DNA of 64,000 nt from Rhynchobatus australiae (lineage: Eukaryota), in assembly GCA_034780895.1 (NCBI GenBank), contig JAUZTB010000017.1, forward strand, positions 28,450,486 through 28,514,485. The letters run 5' to 3'. The position numbers and the translations under genes are program-made. A model generated the notes under the pieces. It was not told the DNA's origin. It ran no database searches and saw only the letters and a list, made by a program, of their open reading frames with translations. This document shows, one piece after another, positions 1 to 12,489 of the stretch (the stretch's first letter is position 1; every line of letters begins with the position of its first letter).

Positions 1-180
1 ACCTTATTGTCTACCTGCACTGCACTTTTTCTGCAGCTGTTACACTTTATTCTGCATTCTGTATTGTTTTACCTTGTACCATCTCAATGCACTGTGCAAT
101 GAGTTGATCTGTATGAGCAGTATACAAGACAAGATTTTCAGTGTACCTTGGTACATGTGACAATAATAAACCAATTCCAA
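1..180 (+). mobile_element. 3' tail of a Rex1/Babar-type LINE
   Basis: Same tail (ctgcactgcacttttctg...tgtaccttggtacatgtgacaataataaaccaat) as the copies at 43336-43455 and, in reverse, 16230-16440, 45635-45850 and 61770-61911, several of which adjoin GRRYRSL..T.RLKDSFYP coding remnants. Confidence 0.7.
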
Positions 181-1349
181 GTATAGTTATTTCATTTTCA
201 CTGTGGTATTGGCAGCATTTTCTTCCTGGGAATAGGATGATTTTATTTTTTAGAATTTGGAAACTGTACTTTAAGTTCAAAGAAAGATTTTTAATGATTG
301 ACAATAACTTCTAGTACTGCTTCACCCTTACTAAGATAGCACATTGTCAAAAAAATGTATTTTACTCTGGGCTGATGTGACATGAATAGCTGTGATAGAC
401 TATTCACGCTAAGTGCAATGATTGTAATATCAAGATTGGCTGCTCCATGCAACATAAAATGGGTCTGATTGCAAAGTAATGTGAATGTCAGCTCTATATT
501 GAATAACCCAGTCACAAAATGTTCAATTTTCTCTGTGTAACAGATGTCATTATAGGCTCTATTCATGCTACTGCCGAGTTTAGGGGTGGCAAGCTGCAAG
601 TGCCAAATAATGACTATTCCTGGTCCACATCCAAGTTATTACCAGTGATCCAATTGCTAATGTGCCCTCAGTAAGTTGATTTAAAACATGGCCTCTCCAC
701 TTCAGAGCTCCTACCCTGCACTGGAAGATTTAAATACCAATGTGAGTTACCTGTTTTGATTGTATGAACATGTCTGCCCCAATTATTTACAAGACCCTGT
801 GCCAGGAATTTTGATGAGTGGTCACTGCTGTTTGAAAGCAATCAGAAAGCCTGCCCTGCTGAAATTTCAATTCTGATATTTCTTTTTCAAAGGTTGAAGA
901 TGCCATCAATGAGCAATCCAAGTTCATGTATTACAAGCAATAAATAAGTGTTCTGTAACTTGTTTCAGTGTAAAGTAACATTTAACAATAGTTTTGGCCC
1001 ACACAAAATTAAATAAAACATATGATCTATTCAATCAGTAAAGACAGTGCAAATTCTATGTTAATTTTACTTAGCACAGCGAGGAGTAATCATGTAATCA
1101 TAGCAACGCAGAAAACAAAAAACACAAATTTAAGGCTGTGGGCTGGATTTGCCTTTGATGGTGTGCTGGCCTTGTTCTCCTTGCCTCGGCCCCAGTATGG
1201 CTCTGGATTGTTTTTTGGGGTAATAGTCACTGGATATCCATGACAAAGTGTTAGCAGCAATCCTACCTGTCCTCCACCCCCAGAGAGAAAGAAAACAAGC
1301 TAAGCTAACATTACAGATGGATGACTGATACAGACTGAGAAATCAAGTT

Positions 1350-1462
1350 AACTGAAGACACCACAAATTGACTCTCTTCCTCTTCCCATAGGTGCAGCCT
1401 GACCTGCTGAGTGTTTCCAGCATTTTTGTTTTTTGTTTTAGATTTCCAGCATCTGCAATTTG
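1350..1462. repeat. Penelope-type (PLE terminal-repeat-like) interspersed repeat fragment
   Basis: cctgacctgctgagtgtttccagcattt...agatttccagcatctgca. The same motif recurs at about 23261, 27330, 27690, 40890, 53650, 54060 and 56940. Confidence 0.6.
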
Positions 1463-3624
1463 TTATTTAGATTTTCAATTGGTCGACTTCAAGAGCTCAG
1501 CTTACCTGACTGCCAGTGTTTGCATGCCATAGGTGGGGAATTGGGGTTGGCCAACAGGAATAAGGAAAATCCAGATAAGGCAGGGAGTTGCCTGAGGAAT
1601 GTGTCTCACCACCTAACGTTCTTATATAAAACTAGAAGGCAACTGAAAATGTCTCTCTCTTGCCTGATATTGGTGGTATTCATTAGTACTTCTTCCATCT
1701 GCTTTTTGCTTGCTCATAAGTAGGTTTACAAATTATTTGGTATGGTTTCAGGTTATTAAGATCATTGAGTTAAGTGATTTGTGCCTTGTCCATCTAATTC
1801 CTGAGCTGGTGTAACTTTCAAAGCCAAGTACATTGAATTCAAGTTGATTCACACCATTACTCCCCCACCCCAACTAAATACACCTCCCTTCAACACCACA
1901 AAGCTTAGAGTCTGAGGCCCACTGGGAATACTTTCTGCACTCCACCTCAAACTGACAACCAATCTTGAGGTTGAGGTCTGGGATGGAAAGGGGATCTCTA
2001 TTCAAGGCTTAAAGAGAAAGGCCACACAAACAAATCTCATATGCCATGAGTCATTACAACCACAATGATATAAAACACTCCTGAAGATGACAACTCTGAC
2101 AAAAAGAAAGGAAGAGCAACAATTATGTAATGTCAGGAACAAGCAATGCAAACTGTCCAAACACCTTGCATTCAAGAGTGCCATCATCCTTTGGTAACCA
2201 TCACTGTACTTCAGCTAAGATTGCTGCCTTAAAGACAGTTTTCAGGGACTCTTGGTGAATGTTGGACAGAACTGTATCTTCATCTCATTAATGCCAAGTG
2301 CCTGTAATCTTTAATGACATGACTCGTTTCTCCAGACATAAAGAACTGGAATACAAACCACTGGTTGCATTCTTTTGAGTAATAGGATGTACACTGCATC
2401 CTTGGTGACTTCCCACGACAAACTAGAATAACTTCATGCATGTTCAATTCACTAATTGAGGCAAGTTACTGCAGCAAGAGAGAGCGCAATTAACTTCCTT
2501 CGCATCTGTCATCAAAGAAAGGTTCCTTCAGTAGGACCCCATAAGGAGAGAAAAAAAAACATCATACATGTTTTACCTTGTGATGGTCAGCATTTATCAG
2601 TGTTTGCTGAGACTACTCATGCAAGCAAGCAGAATGCTCAACTTGTGTGGAGTAACATAAAGAGATTCCATTGCCCAACAGGGCCTCAAACATAGATAGA
2701 TACTGTACCATAATGGTGGGGCATGCTCAATTGCTCTTATCCAACTATTCCATGGTAATTTCTAAAGTTAATCCAATCACATTAAGCAATACTAACCCTC
2801 CAAATGGCTAGCATTGAGTTTATGTCAGCATACAACCACTCAATAAAAGGGAAAGGAAATGATTTACCTCAAGAACCAACAGGTTGTTTCCTTCAACAAA
2901 TTCATGGTATTTTTATTTAAACTTGTTCTTACAGGAAAAGGCAATCCCTGGTCAAGATTAACAATGAATCTGATCACCATCATTAATTAACTATTGCAGA
3001 ACATGGGTATCATTCAGCCCTTGATATTCATGGAGGCACTTTTACCTAAATTCTTCCAGCAGCACGGATAGAATTTGTGCTGGCAGTGACATACTATCAC
3101 GTTTGACAGATCCTTTGAATAATTTGTTTTTTTTTAACTCAAGATCTACTTGCAAGGCACAGTAATAGAGGCAACTGACACAGAGAGGAGCTTGTCAGCA
3201 CAATAGGGATTTTTCTCACAACGTTAAGCTATTTTCTGTAGATACTGCCCTATTCACAGCTGGTAAGGGCTTTCACCGCTTGCAAGTTAATATTCCCTGG
3301 AAATGTGCTGAGTACACTAATCATATCAGTCAGTTTCTGATGTTGATTTGTTGGAGTACTGCTAAACTGGAGTACTGCACCTCAGCTAGTACCCTCTCCT
3401 CACCTCTCAAAGCTAGACGTGCATTCAGCTGCAGGAGGGAACCCTACCAGTGTTAATTGACAAAATTAAAAGCCACTTGCAGATAAGTTTCTGCTTGATT
3501 TCTATAGCCATTGTTGCAATTTCCAATGGTTTCTTTTTGCTTTCTAGAGCTCTTCAACATGTGCGAGCTGCTGAAGGACTTGGTCTTGACTTCTGCAGAA
3601 ACCAGTTGATCCAATTGATCCAAA

Positions 3625-3971
3625 GGGCAGCAGAGTGGCACAGCTAGTTGAGACGTTGCTTCACAACACTAGAGACCCAGGTTTAATCCTGACCTCTGGG
3701 GCTGTCCATGTGAAGATTTGCACATTCTCCCTGTGACTGCATGGGTTTCCTCTGGGTGCTCCTGTTTCCTCCAACACTCCAAAAACATGCAGGTTGTTAG
3801 CTTAATCAGCCACTGTAAATTACCCCCGGTGTGTAGGTGATTGGTAGAACTTGAGGGAAGTTGATGAAAATGTTGGAAGAACACAAATGGGATTAATGTC
3901 GGGTTGACAGTCGACACAGATTCCATGGGCTAAAGGGCATGTTTCTATGCTGTATCCCTCTGTGACTCTGA
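3625..3971 (+). mobile_element. tRNA-derived SINE (HE1/V-SINE-like)
   Basis: Pol III A/B-box-like head (tggcacagctag...ggtttaatcc), V-domain core (tgcacattctccctgtgactgcatgggtttcctctgggtgctcc...ttcctcc) and CR1-like tail. Confidence 0.8.
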
Positions 3972-6402
3972 TGCAGGTACATTGTAGGTAATACCATTGG
4001 AATGCAGCTTGATTGGAAGCAAGTACTGGAGGTACTGGAGCAAGTCAACCTGCGAGAAGAGAAAGGAGGAGGGAGATTCTGTTAAAAAACACTAAGAAAT
4101 AAGGCAACAATTAAAATGTTAAATATTTCTCAAGGAGTGTTGAAAAATAAAATAAAATTCATTTAGTACACTCACAAAAAAACATTAAGTATAACCAAAA
4201 AAATTTTAAAAGAAGAACTATTCTTCCTCGTTTTTTCCTGCATCCCTATAATCAGCATTAAAATCCATGGGGTTGTGGATCTTGTGTCAGCATTGATCTG
4301 GTGCAGGATTTGAAAACTAGTTTCCCCAGTGTAATTGCTCGGGAAACCTCAGCAAACCTGTGCTCTGCTTTTTAGACTCCATGGGGAGTCTATTCACAGA
4401 ATATGTTGACAGATATGGTGCCCACTACTGCCAAGTGATTTTGAGTCGGTCTTTCACCATTTCATCTGACTGCTCAGTGAATTCACACTACTCCAATGCT
4501 TCATTCAGCGACAGCTCCTGCTTTACTTCCCTCTGCTGCCAAACAACTCAACTTCAGCCTAATCAAAATTCTAAAATTTGGAATCAAATGAGTTGGTGAA
4601 AGACAATGCATGAAGAAGTGGATCATCTGGTTTATCTCTTTCCTTCCTCCTCCTCCACTAGCACCCTTCTTCCTCGGTAGCTATTAGCTAAAAATCTTGT
4701 AGCACGTACCAAGCCCTCAGATGGCAATAAACCATTAAGTATAATCCTGAACATCGAGACCCATACTGCTAAATCCTGCAGTCGTCCAGGCAACAGAGTC
4801 AGTTTGCTGGTAAATTCCAGCAGGTCTGGATTGAATTTCCATGCATGCATTGTCAAATTTGGAAGCCCCACTTTGTTCTACAAGAGAGAGTGATATATGC
4901 CAATGAATGTTGTGCAATATTTTGGCTGACCTGCCTGCCATAATTAAATAGCTGAGAGTCTTTGTGAGCTGAGAGATATGGTGATTCTTATAGCAGTGCT
5001 AAGTCGTGTGAGGATCTGGCATAGCATGCATATGCGAGACACAAGCACAGATTAATAGCAATTGCATACAGGTGACTGTTCTCTTGGACTGCGGTTGGTG
5101 GGATATGGCATGTAAAATTGATTTCATTAATCTTGAACCGTTCATGTGAGGTCTGCATTTCTTGCATTTTCTCCCACTTCTTTCTGAGGATGTTTCAGGA
5201 GAGAATGGTTCTGCTCTCTTTCTCCATCCACCTTCTTCCCAAAAGGCAATAGTGCAGCACGATAAAACCAGAGGGCCTACTCTCTCCAATGTTGTGCCAA
5301 TCTTCNNNNNNNNNNNNNNNNNNNNNNNNNNNNNNNNNNNNNNNNNNNNNNNNNNNNNNNNNNNNNNNNNNNNNNNNNNNNNNNNNNNNNNNNNNNNNNN
5401 NNNNNCCAATCTTCAATGTCTCACAGATTATGATGAACTCCAGAATGCCTGCCAGCACCTTCTGTTACCAAAATACACCTCCCATTTTAAAAGGTGCAGG
5501 CTGGCTTTAAAGAGTGCAGCTATTAACACAACCAGGTTCCCTCCTGAGGTAATAAACCCTGGATAACAATCCCTGTGTCCATTTTAGAAAGTTCAATCAT
5601 TAAAGCTCCATGAACTTTTTGATGTTTATGCTCGTAATGTGATTAAATGCTTGAGAAGCATTAACGGATAATTATTGCAACTGTGTCATGATCGCGTGCT
5701 AATGTTTCATTAGTGCCAATAAAACTGCATTCCCAGAAATCACACTTTTCAAAACTGAGATTTCATTAGCAGTTTAATAACTATGTTGAATGCAGACTTT
5801 TTCTCATTATTAAATGCAAAACATTGGGCTTTATATTCCGTAAAAGTAAGTGATGAAAAAGATCACTAAACCATAAACCCAAGATATTCGGGTCCAAATC
5901 ATTAATCTCTTTATAAAGTTTAGCTGCTTCTTTTTTCTTTCTATCAGTCGTATTTTCTCTCTTTCTCAAAATGCAGAGCAAAGATTTGCAAAGGTTTATG
6001 TAGGAATTATGCTAACTTCTTGTGAATTAGCTGGAACAAATCCATTTGTAAAATAGTTATATCTTGTATTNNNNNNNNNNNNNNNNNNNNNNNNNNNNNN
6101 NNNNNNNNNNNNNNNNNNNNNNNNNNNNNNNNNNNNNNNNNNNNNNNNNNNNNNNNNNNNNNNNNNNNNNNNNNNNNNNNNNNNNNNNNNNNNNNNNNNN
6201 NNNNNNNNNNNNNNNNNNNNNNNNNNNNNNNNNNNNNNNNNNNNNNNNNNNNNNNNNNNNNNNNNNNNNNNNNNNNNNNNNNNNNNNNNNNNNNNNNNNN
6301 NNNNNNNNNNNNNNNNNNNNNNNNNNNNNNNNNNNNNNNNNNNNNNNNNNNNNNNNNNNNNNNNNNNNNNNNNNNNNNNNNNNNNNNNNNNNNNNNNNNN
6401 NN

Positions 6403-6740
6403 GGACTTAGAAGAATAAGAGGTGATCTCATTGGAATGCCGAGGATAGTTGCTGGCATGATCTAAAACAAGGGCTCATAGTCTCAAAATAATGAGTCAGA
6501 CATTCAGTACTAAACTGAGAAGAAATTTCACTCAGAAGGCAGTCAATCTTTGGAATGCTGTATGCAAGAATACTATGGAGTCTCAATCACTCAGAATATT
6601 CCAAATGGGAATGATGGATTTTTGGATATTAAGGGAATCAAGGGATATCAGGTTATTGCAGGAACATGGTGCTGAGGTAAAATATCAGCCATGATCTTAC
6701 TGAATGGGGAGTGGCTACTCACACTTCTATTTCTTATGTA
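6403..6740 (+). mobile_element. CR1-type LINE 3' fragment
   Basis: Decayed coding remnants LRRIRGDLI and RRNFTQKAVNLWN, followed by a typical CR1 3' UTR. Confidence 0.8.
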
Positions 6741-6835
6741 AAGTTGAGTTCACTAAATTAATTTTCCCACCAGGTTAAAAAGAAGCAGTGAATGTTAATA
6801 AATGTTAATGATTATTTTTGGATTGTTTTTTTCAG

Positions 6836-6963
6836 GATTTGAAGACAGTGCTTTCCTTCAATCAGTACCCAGGGGAGTTCCTGCACCCTGTGGTATATGC
6901 ATGCACTGCAGTCCTTTTGCTCTGCCTCTTTGCTTCTATTATCACCTATATTGTGCATCACAG
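6836..6963 (+). CDS. ADGRA1: ADGRA1 coding exon (short N-terminus + TM1): [42 protein letters not shown](S)
   Basis: Acceptor tttttttcag|GAT and donor CACAG|gtagga; 128 nt. The peptide matches the ADGRA1 N-terminus (M)[26 protein letters not shown]. The ORF track reads this region in a different frame. Confidence 0.95.
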
Positions 6964-7955
6964 GTAGGAATCATAAAGAACTTATAATTATCGATTTGTT
7001 CCTCTGTAAGTCATGTTGACGTGTGCAGTGTTTGTTTTCAAAATAAACTTTATCTTGGCCAAATTTCAATCTCATTGTAATGGAGGAAAATTTATGAATA
7101 CTGTAGGGAAGAAAAAGAGGCAAATATTGGAAAAATAACAAAATTCAAAGGGATGATCTGAGTGGGAAAGTGCAAGCTGGAAATTAATATAGTTCTGATG
7201 CAAAACAGAACAGTAAGAAATGTTTTCAATCAGCAAAGAAATAAAATCTCTAACCAGGATAATGGAGCCAAATCAAAGCCAGAAATGAATATATGACTAT
7301 AGCAAATGATTACTACTTCCAAATATTCAATTTAGAGCACAGAAATAACATAATCAATGAAATTAAAAGAAAATTAAGAAGTTTGGTGGACTTGGAATTT
7401 AATTTGTCCAATCACTGCAGCACAACCAACAACAGAAAACTGAACAATGTAGAATCATAGAATCATTACACCAAGGAAAGAGGCATTTGGCCCATTGAGC
7501 TTTTATGTGCTTTCTGTACAAAGAATTCAGTTGGTCCCACTCCCCTGCTCTATTCCTGTTGCCCTGTATTTTTTTCTCCTTCATGTACCTCCTCAATCCT
7601 TTTTGAAAGCCATGATTGAATATATTTCCATCACCCTTTCAGACTATAAATTCAAGGTCTACTTTGTCCCTGTGTCACCTAAGACACTTCTGCCAATCAC
7701 CCAGAATAGATGAAGTGTGCAGTTTGTCAGTGGAATCATTATGTAGTCAAACTATGTTATAACGCTTTGAGCAGTTCTGTTCATTAAGAAGCAAAGGATA
7801 CATTGAATCCCTTAAAGTCAGAAAAGTGAATTAAATCAAATATGGGAAATCTGGAACAGAAGGGATTAAGTGGGATCATGAAATGTTGTACTGTAGCCTC
7901 AACCAGTTGATTCGCTCATGTTTACATGATATCAATAAACAGCCAAGAACAGCAT

Positions 7956-8215
7956 GGCACGGTGGCGTAGTGGTTAGTGTGAGGCTATTACAGCGCCAGC
8001 GATCAGGGTTCGATTCCCGTCACTGTCTGTAAGGAGTTTGTACGTTCTCCCATGTCTGCGTGGGTTTCCTCTGGGTGCTCCAGTTTCCTCCCGCATTCTA
8101 AAGACGTATGGGTAGGTTAATTTGGGGTTTTAAAAAAAATGGGCGGCATGGACTAGTTGGGCTGGAAGGGCCTGTAATCACGCTGTACATAAAATTAAAA
8201 AAAATTAAATTCAAA
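7956..8215 (+). mobile_element. Young tRNA-derived V-SINE-like element
   Basis: A box tggcgtagtggttag, B box ggttcgattcc, V-domain core and A-rich tail. Near-identical to the copy at 12191. Confidence 0.85.
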
Positions 8216-8384
8216 AACTTAAATTTTCTTTTCAACAAAAAGTTTCCACTACTGAATGTAATGACCATGAATGTAAAGGTTTTTGGGCTGTTTCTCCGTT
8301 TGTATATATTTTTTATTATGAATAAAGTTTATTTTTGAAATAAAAAATATAAAGAGCGGCACTGCCTCCTGGGCAATGACAGTG

Positions 8385-8820
8385 CCACCTCTCTTGCCAC
8401 TAAATCAGAAGCTCCTGCTCTCGAGACTTGACCGGAAAAGTGTCGGCTGACACTTACTGCAATGTTGAAGGAGTGATGTACTGTCATGTGTCACAGTGAT
8501 GCAGAGTGATGCAGGTGTCACTTTATAATGAAGCATTTAACCAAGCTCTCTCCTTTTCTCTCAAATGAATGTAAAGGATCCCTTCGCAGAATTGAAGAGC
8601 AGTGTGCTATCTCAGTGTCCTGGCCAACTTTTATTCCTCACTTGACATTGCTAAAACAAATTATCGAATCGTTATCACATTGCTGTTTGTGAGAGCTCAC
8701 TGTGCACAAATTGGCTCCTACACTAAAACAGTGAGTGCACTTCCAAATACTTCATTAAAGTGCCTGGGGATGTCTCGCAAGAAAGATGAATGAGAAGTTA
8801 TAAATGCAAGTCACTTTTCC
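8385..8820 (+). mobile_element. DeuSINE (SacSINE1/AmnSINE1-related) copy
   Basis: Blocks gagacttga..ggctgacac..., taaaggatccc, gtgtcctggccaac, atcacattgctgtttgtgagagc..tgtgcacaaattggct and ataaatgcaagtc follow the recalled SacSINE1 consensus in order. Confidence 0.7.
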
Positions 8821-10059
8821 GATTTTCCTGGTCATTGATGGTAGGTCACAATGTAGAGTGAGATGTTCAACATGTAACAAAAATGATTTGTATTGTGTAT
8901 TCATGATAGGTGTGGCTGAATGCTGAGCCGTTGTGTGTGGGGGTGGGGGTGATATGGAATGCCTCTGCCTATTACTTGCTGTCTCTGGGTTGGCCTCTCT
9001 TGGGGTGAGTACTTCTCCATGCTATCCAGAGCCTCCACTGTCCCTTGCTTCCTACAGCACCTCCACAGCTGAATCTAGTAGATGTTTCTGACCAGGTGCA
9101 CATTAATAATAAACAAATCTCCCAATTCCATACTCTGCCCATAACTTTGTATTAATTCCAATCTAATCCCAAAGCCTGCTCTTTCCTTATTGTCTTGCAT
9201 TAATCTTAGGTTAGTTTCACTGTCTGCTCTTTGTCCTGATGAATCCTAGACTAGACCCACAGACCAACTCTCTCCTGTTGTCCTGTATCAATCCAAGCTA
9301 ATCTTACTGTCTGAACTCCATGTCAAACATTTGAATCAGGATAACCCATTAAACTCTGGCAGATGCTGATGTGACATGTGTTCAGCCCAACATCTGCTCG
9401 TGATTTCATGGGAAGTGAAAAATCCTGCATTTTGAGCTGGATTTTATATAGGTATTTGGAGTGGACAGACAGCTGTAATGCTTCGCTAACATACTAGGTA
9501 CAATCACAATTGTGATAAAAGAATCGATAGTTAATTACGGACATTTAGAATGAGTTCTAAAATTCAAAAAAAGAGAAAGTGTGTGTCAGGCTGATGTGAT
9601 TTGTATTCTGTGTCCTCTGTAGGAGTAATTTTACACAGCAGACTCTTTATTAAGTTGCTGTATTAGAATTCTTTGTTGGAAGATGCAAATGTAATCCTAG
9701 AACCGGAAAAAACATTCAGTATTCATTACTACTTTAGTGTAGTCTCTCTTCAGCTCCACAATTTCAGCTCAATACATTCCTCGATAACATAGAGCAAGCT
9801 TGATTCCATGAAATTAACTTTGAATAGAATATTAATGAGATAACAGTATTACAATTTCATGCACTAACTGATTGTAGATCTAATAGATTTCATTCTATTT
9901 CATTAGGATACTTGAAGCTCAAATGCTTAATCATATACCTGGGATGTTATGCATTAATTCCTCTCTAAATAAGGAATGTAAAATGTTTAGACCAAACAAC
10001 TTAAGAAGATTCACAATTTTGTGGTGTTTTCAACAGAGGTAGGATAAACATGCAGCCAA

Positions 10060-10515
10060 GTCAAAAGTGAGATCTCGGCACAGAGTTCCTTATTTCCTGC
10101 TCCATAACATTGCCTGCCTCCACCCGGCCTCAGCTTGTCTGCTGCTGAAACTCTCACCCATGTCACTGTTACCTCCAAAATTGCCTATTCCAATGTGCAC
10201 ATCTCTGATCTTCCAGCTTCTATCTTGCATAAACTGACCTCCCCTGAAATTCTGATGCTTGTATCCTAAGCTGCACGTGTTCACTCACCAAGATAAATTA
10301 CTGGCTTGGGATTGTATCAATCGTAAAATTCTTATTTTGCTATTAAATCCATCCACACCCTGGTCCTGTCCTATTCTTGTAATCCATTCCAGCCCTACAA
10401 CCCTCCAAGCTGATCCATTCTTGATGTGATTTTATTCATTCCATCACTGATGACTATTTCTTCCCAGCTGCCTTGGTCCTAAACTTTGCAATTCTTTTCT
10501 AAACCTCTCTATCTC
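10060..10515 (+). mobile_element. Decayed L2/CR1-group LINE 3' fragment
   Basis: tccataacattgcctgcctccacc...ctgctgctgaaactctcacccatg...acctcca. A similar decayed copy lies at about 15700-16220. Confidence 0.5.
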
Positions 10516-12190
10516 TAGGTTGGTGAGAGAAACAAAATGAAGGGGGAGCTGCATGGTCTGGGGTCTGGGAGAGGGGCTTGGTCAATGATGAGTAAAATGT
10601 CAAAGGGCCGTTTTTTTTCACTGATCTTGGTGGTTTGTCAGCGAGGTGAGCAGGCTGGGTTCATCCAGCAGCTCATCTGAGTGAACCAACATTGCTGCAA
10701 CGAGCAACCTAAGGAAAACAGCAGTGGAAAATAAGAAAATCATCACCAGTCCCTTTTTCCCAAATCTGTTTCTCTCTCATACACACACACACAGAGAATA
10801 GATCTGCAGTAGCTTATTTGAGTTGATTGTGACTCACTGGAGAGCCAAGGTTCCTGGACGTATTTATTCACTGGGAGCAGGGTGGATTCCCAGCCTTACA
10901 CTCCACTGCCCTCCAGAAGGGTAACAAGCTCGAACATACAATGAGACTGCCACCTGTTTACAACCATCAGGCAGCCAGTGTACTTCCAGCTTGTAAAGGG
11001 TGCGCAATGGAGGTTTAGTTGTTCAAAATAAAGGAATTGCTTTGGAAATTGACCCTTTTGTTGCCCTCAGACCCATTGTTACTCAACAAAGCAAAACAAA
11101 AACAGATTCTGGTTCCTGAAATAAGCCATCAAGTTCCTCAGCCACTATCATGGGNNNNNNNNNNNNNNNNNNNNNNNNNNNNNNNNNNNNNNNNNNNNNN
11201 NNNNNNNNNNNNNNNNNNNNNNNNNNNNNNNNNNNNNNNNNNNNNNNNNNNNNNGTAGGAAATAACTGGCACAAAAATGTCACAAAAAATGAAAAAGCTC
11301 ACATCCCTGAAAAAAAACTAATGTCTTATGTAAAATTCAATCAAATGTTTTTCTTTCTGTGAAAACTAAGTTTGTAAATGTATTCTTGTGAAAATAACCT
11401 CTCCTTAAAAATCCAACTTGAATAAATCAGGTTATATAGTGCACTCATTATATTGGCAAACTCAACTCAGGAAGACCTGACTGAAATTCAAACACAGACC
11501 CTTTCCATAACTTGTGTGCATGCACTGAGATTTCTATGGCTGAAATTTATTTGGACACAAATGTAGTATCTCAGTCCACAACCTGATATAAAGACCTCCT
11601 CTTCTGGTTAGTGATACAGAAAAGGTACATATGTGTGATGTCAGTACTTAGATTTTAGTAAAATAACTGGTAGGTAGGCAATCACCCCACAAACTAGAAG
11701 GAAGTGAATTGAAGGTTGTCTTTGGAATAGTCAATCATGGTTTCAATAAGAGGAGGGTATGCTGAATGGAGGACAGTGATGAGGCTTGCTGTTGGTATTG
11801 CCAGACTTCATCTGTTGGACTGGAAGGTGGCTCAAGAAGCTTCATCTCAAAGTTCATTGTCCTAAGATTGTGGAAGATGGGGGGAAATTCAGAGTGGATA
11901 GGGACTATTTATTGAAGAGGTCCAACAGTTTTCAAAAGCAATTTAAGTGTGTATTAACACCAATCATGCTCTTAGGCTGTGCCAAAATCTATACAAGTAG
12001 TGAGAAAATTTGGTCGATGTGCTGGAAAGTCTCGTATAAACATTAAACTGGTGCCTGGATACAACAAAAAGCTCTTAGATTGTTGGATACATAGCACAGA
12101 TGAGTGACATTGGGATTACATTACAATGGAAATGTGATGTGTAAAACAAAGCAATCGAAAAGTCCCACCAGAAATTCTGTGCGCAACTTT

Positions 12191-12448
12191 GGAGCACAGT
12201 AGCGGAGCGGTTAGCGCGACGCTATTACAGTGCCAGTGATTGAGGTTCGATTCCCTTCACTGTCTGTAAGGAGTTTGTACGTTCTCCCATGTCTGCGTGG
12301 GTTTCCTCTGGGTGCTCCGGTTTCCTCCCACATTCCAAAGACATACGGGTAGGTTAACATGGGGTTCAAAATGGGTGGCGCGGACTCGTAGGGCCGGGAA
12401 GGCCTGTTACCATGCTGTAAGTAAAATTTAATTTTGGTAAAATTTAAA
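12191..12448 (+). mobile_element. Young tRNA-derived V-SINE-like element
   Basis: B box ggttcgattcc and a core shared with the 7956 copy (cactgtctgtaaggagtttgtacgttctcccatgtctgcgtgggtttcctctgggtgctcc). Confidence 0.85.
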
Positions 12449-12489
12449 ACATATGCATCAAATGCTTTAGAACCAGAGTCCAGAACTGG

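Noticed and set aside
6802-6987. 61-aa ORF from the track
   Set aside because: It is a wrong-frame reading across the real ADGRA1 exon 6836-6963.
7956-8030. tRNA gene (also at 3625 and 12191)
   Set aside because: The A/B boxes continue into a SINE core and tail shared by several copies, so these are SINE heads.
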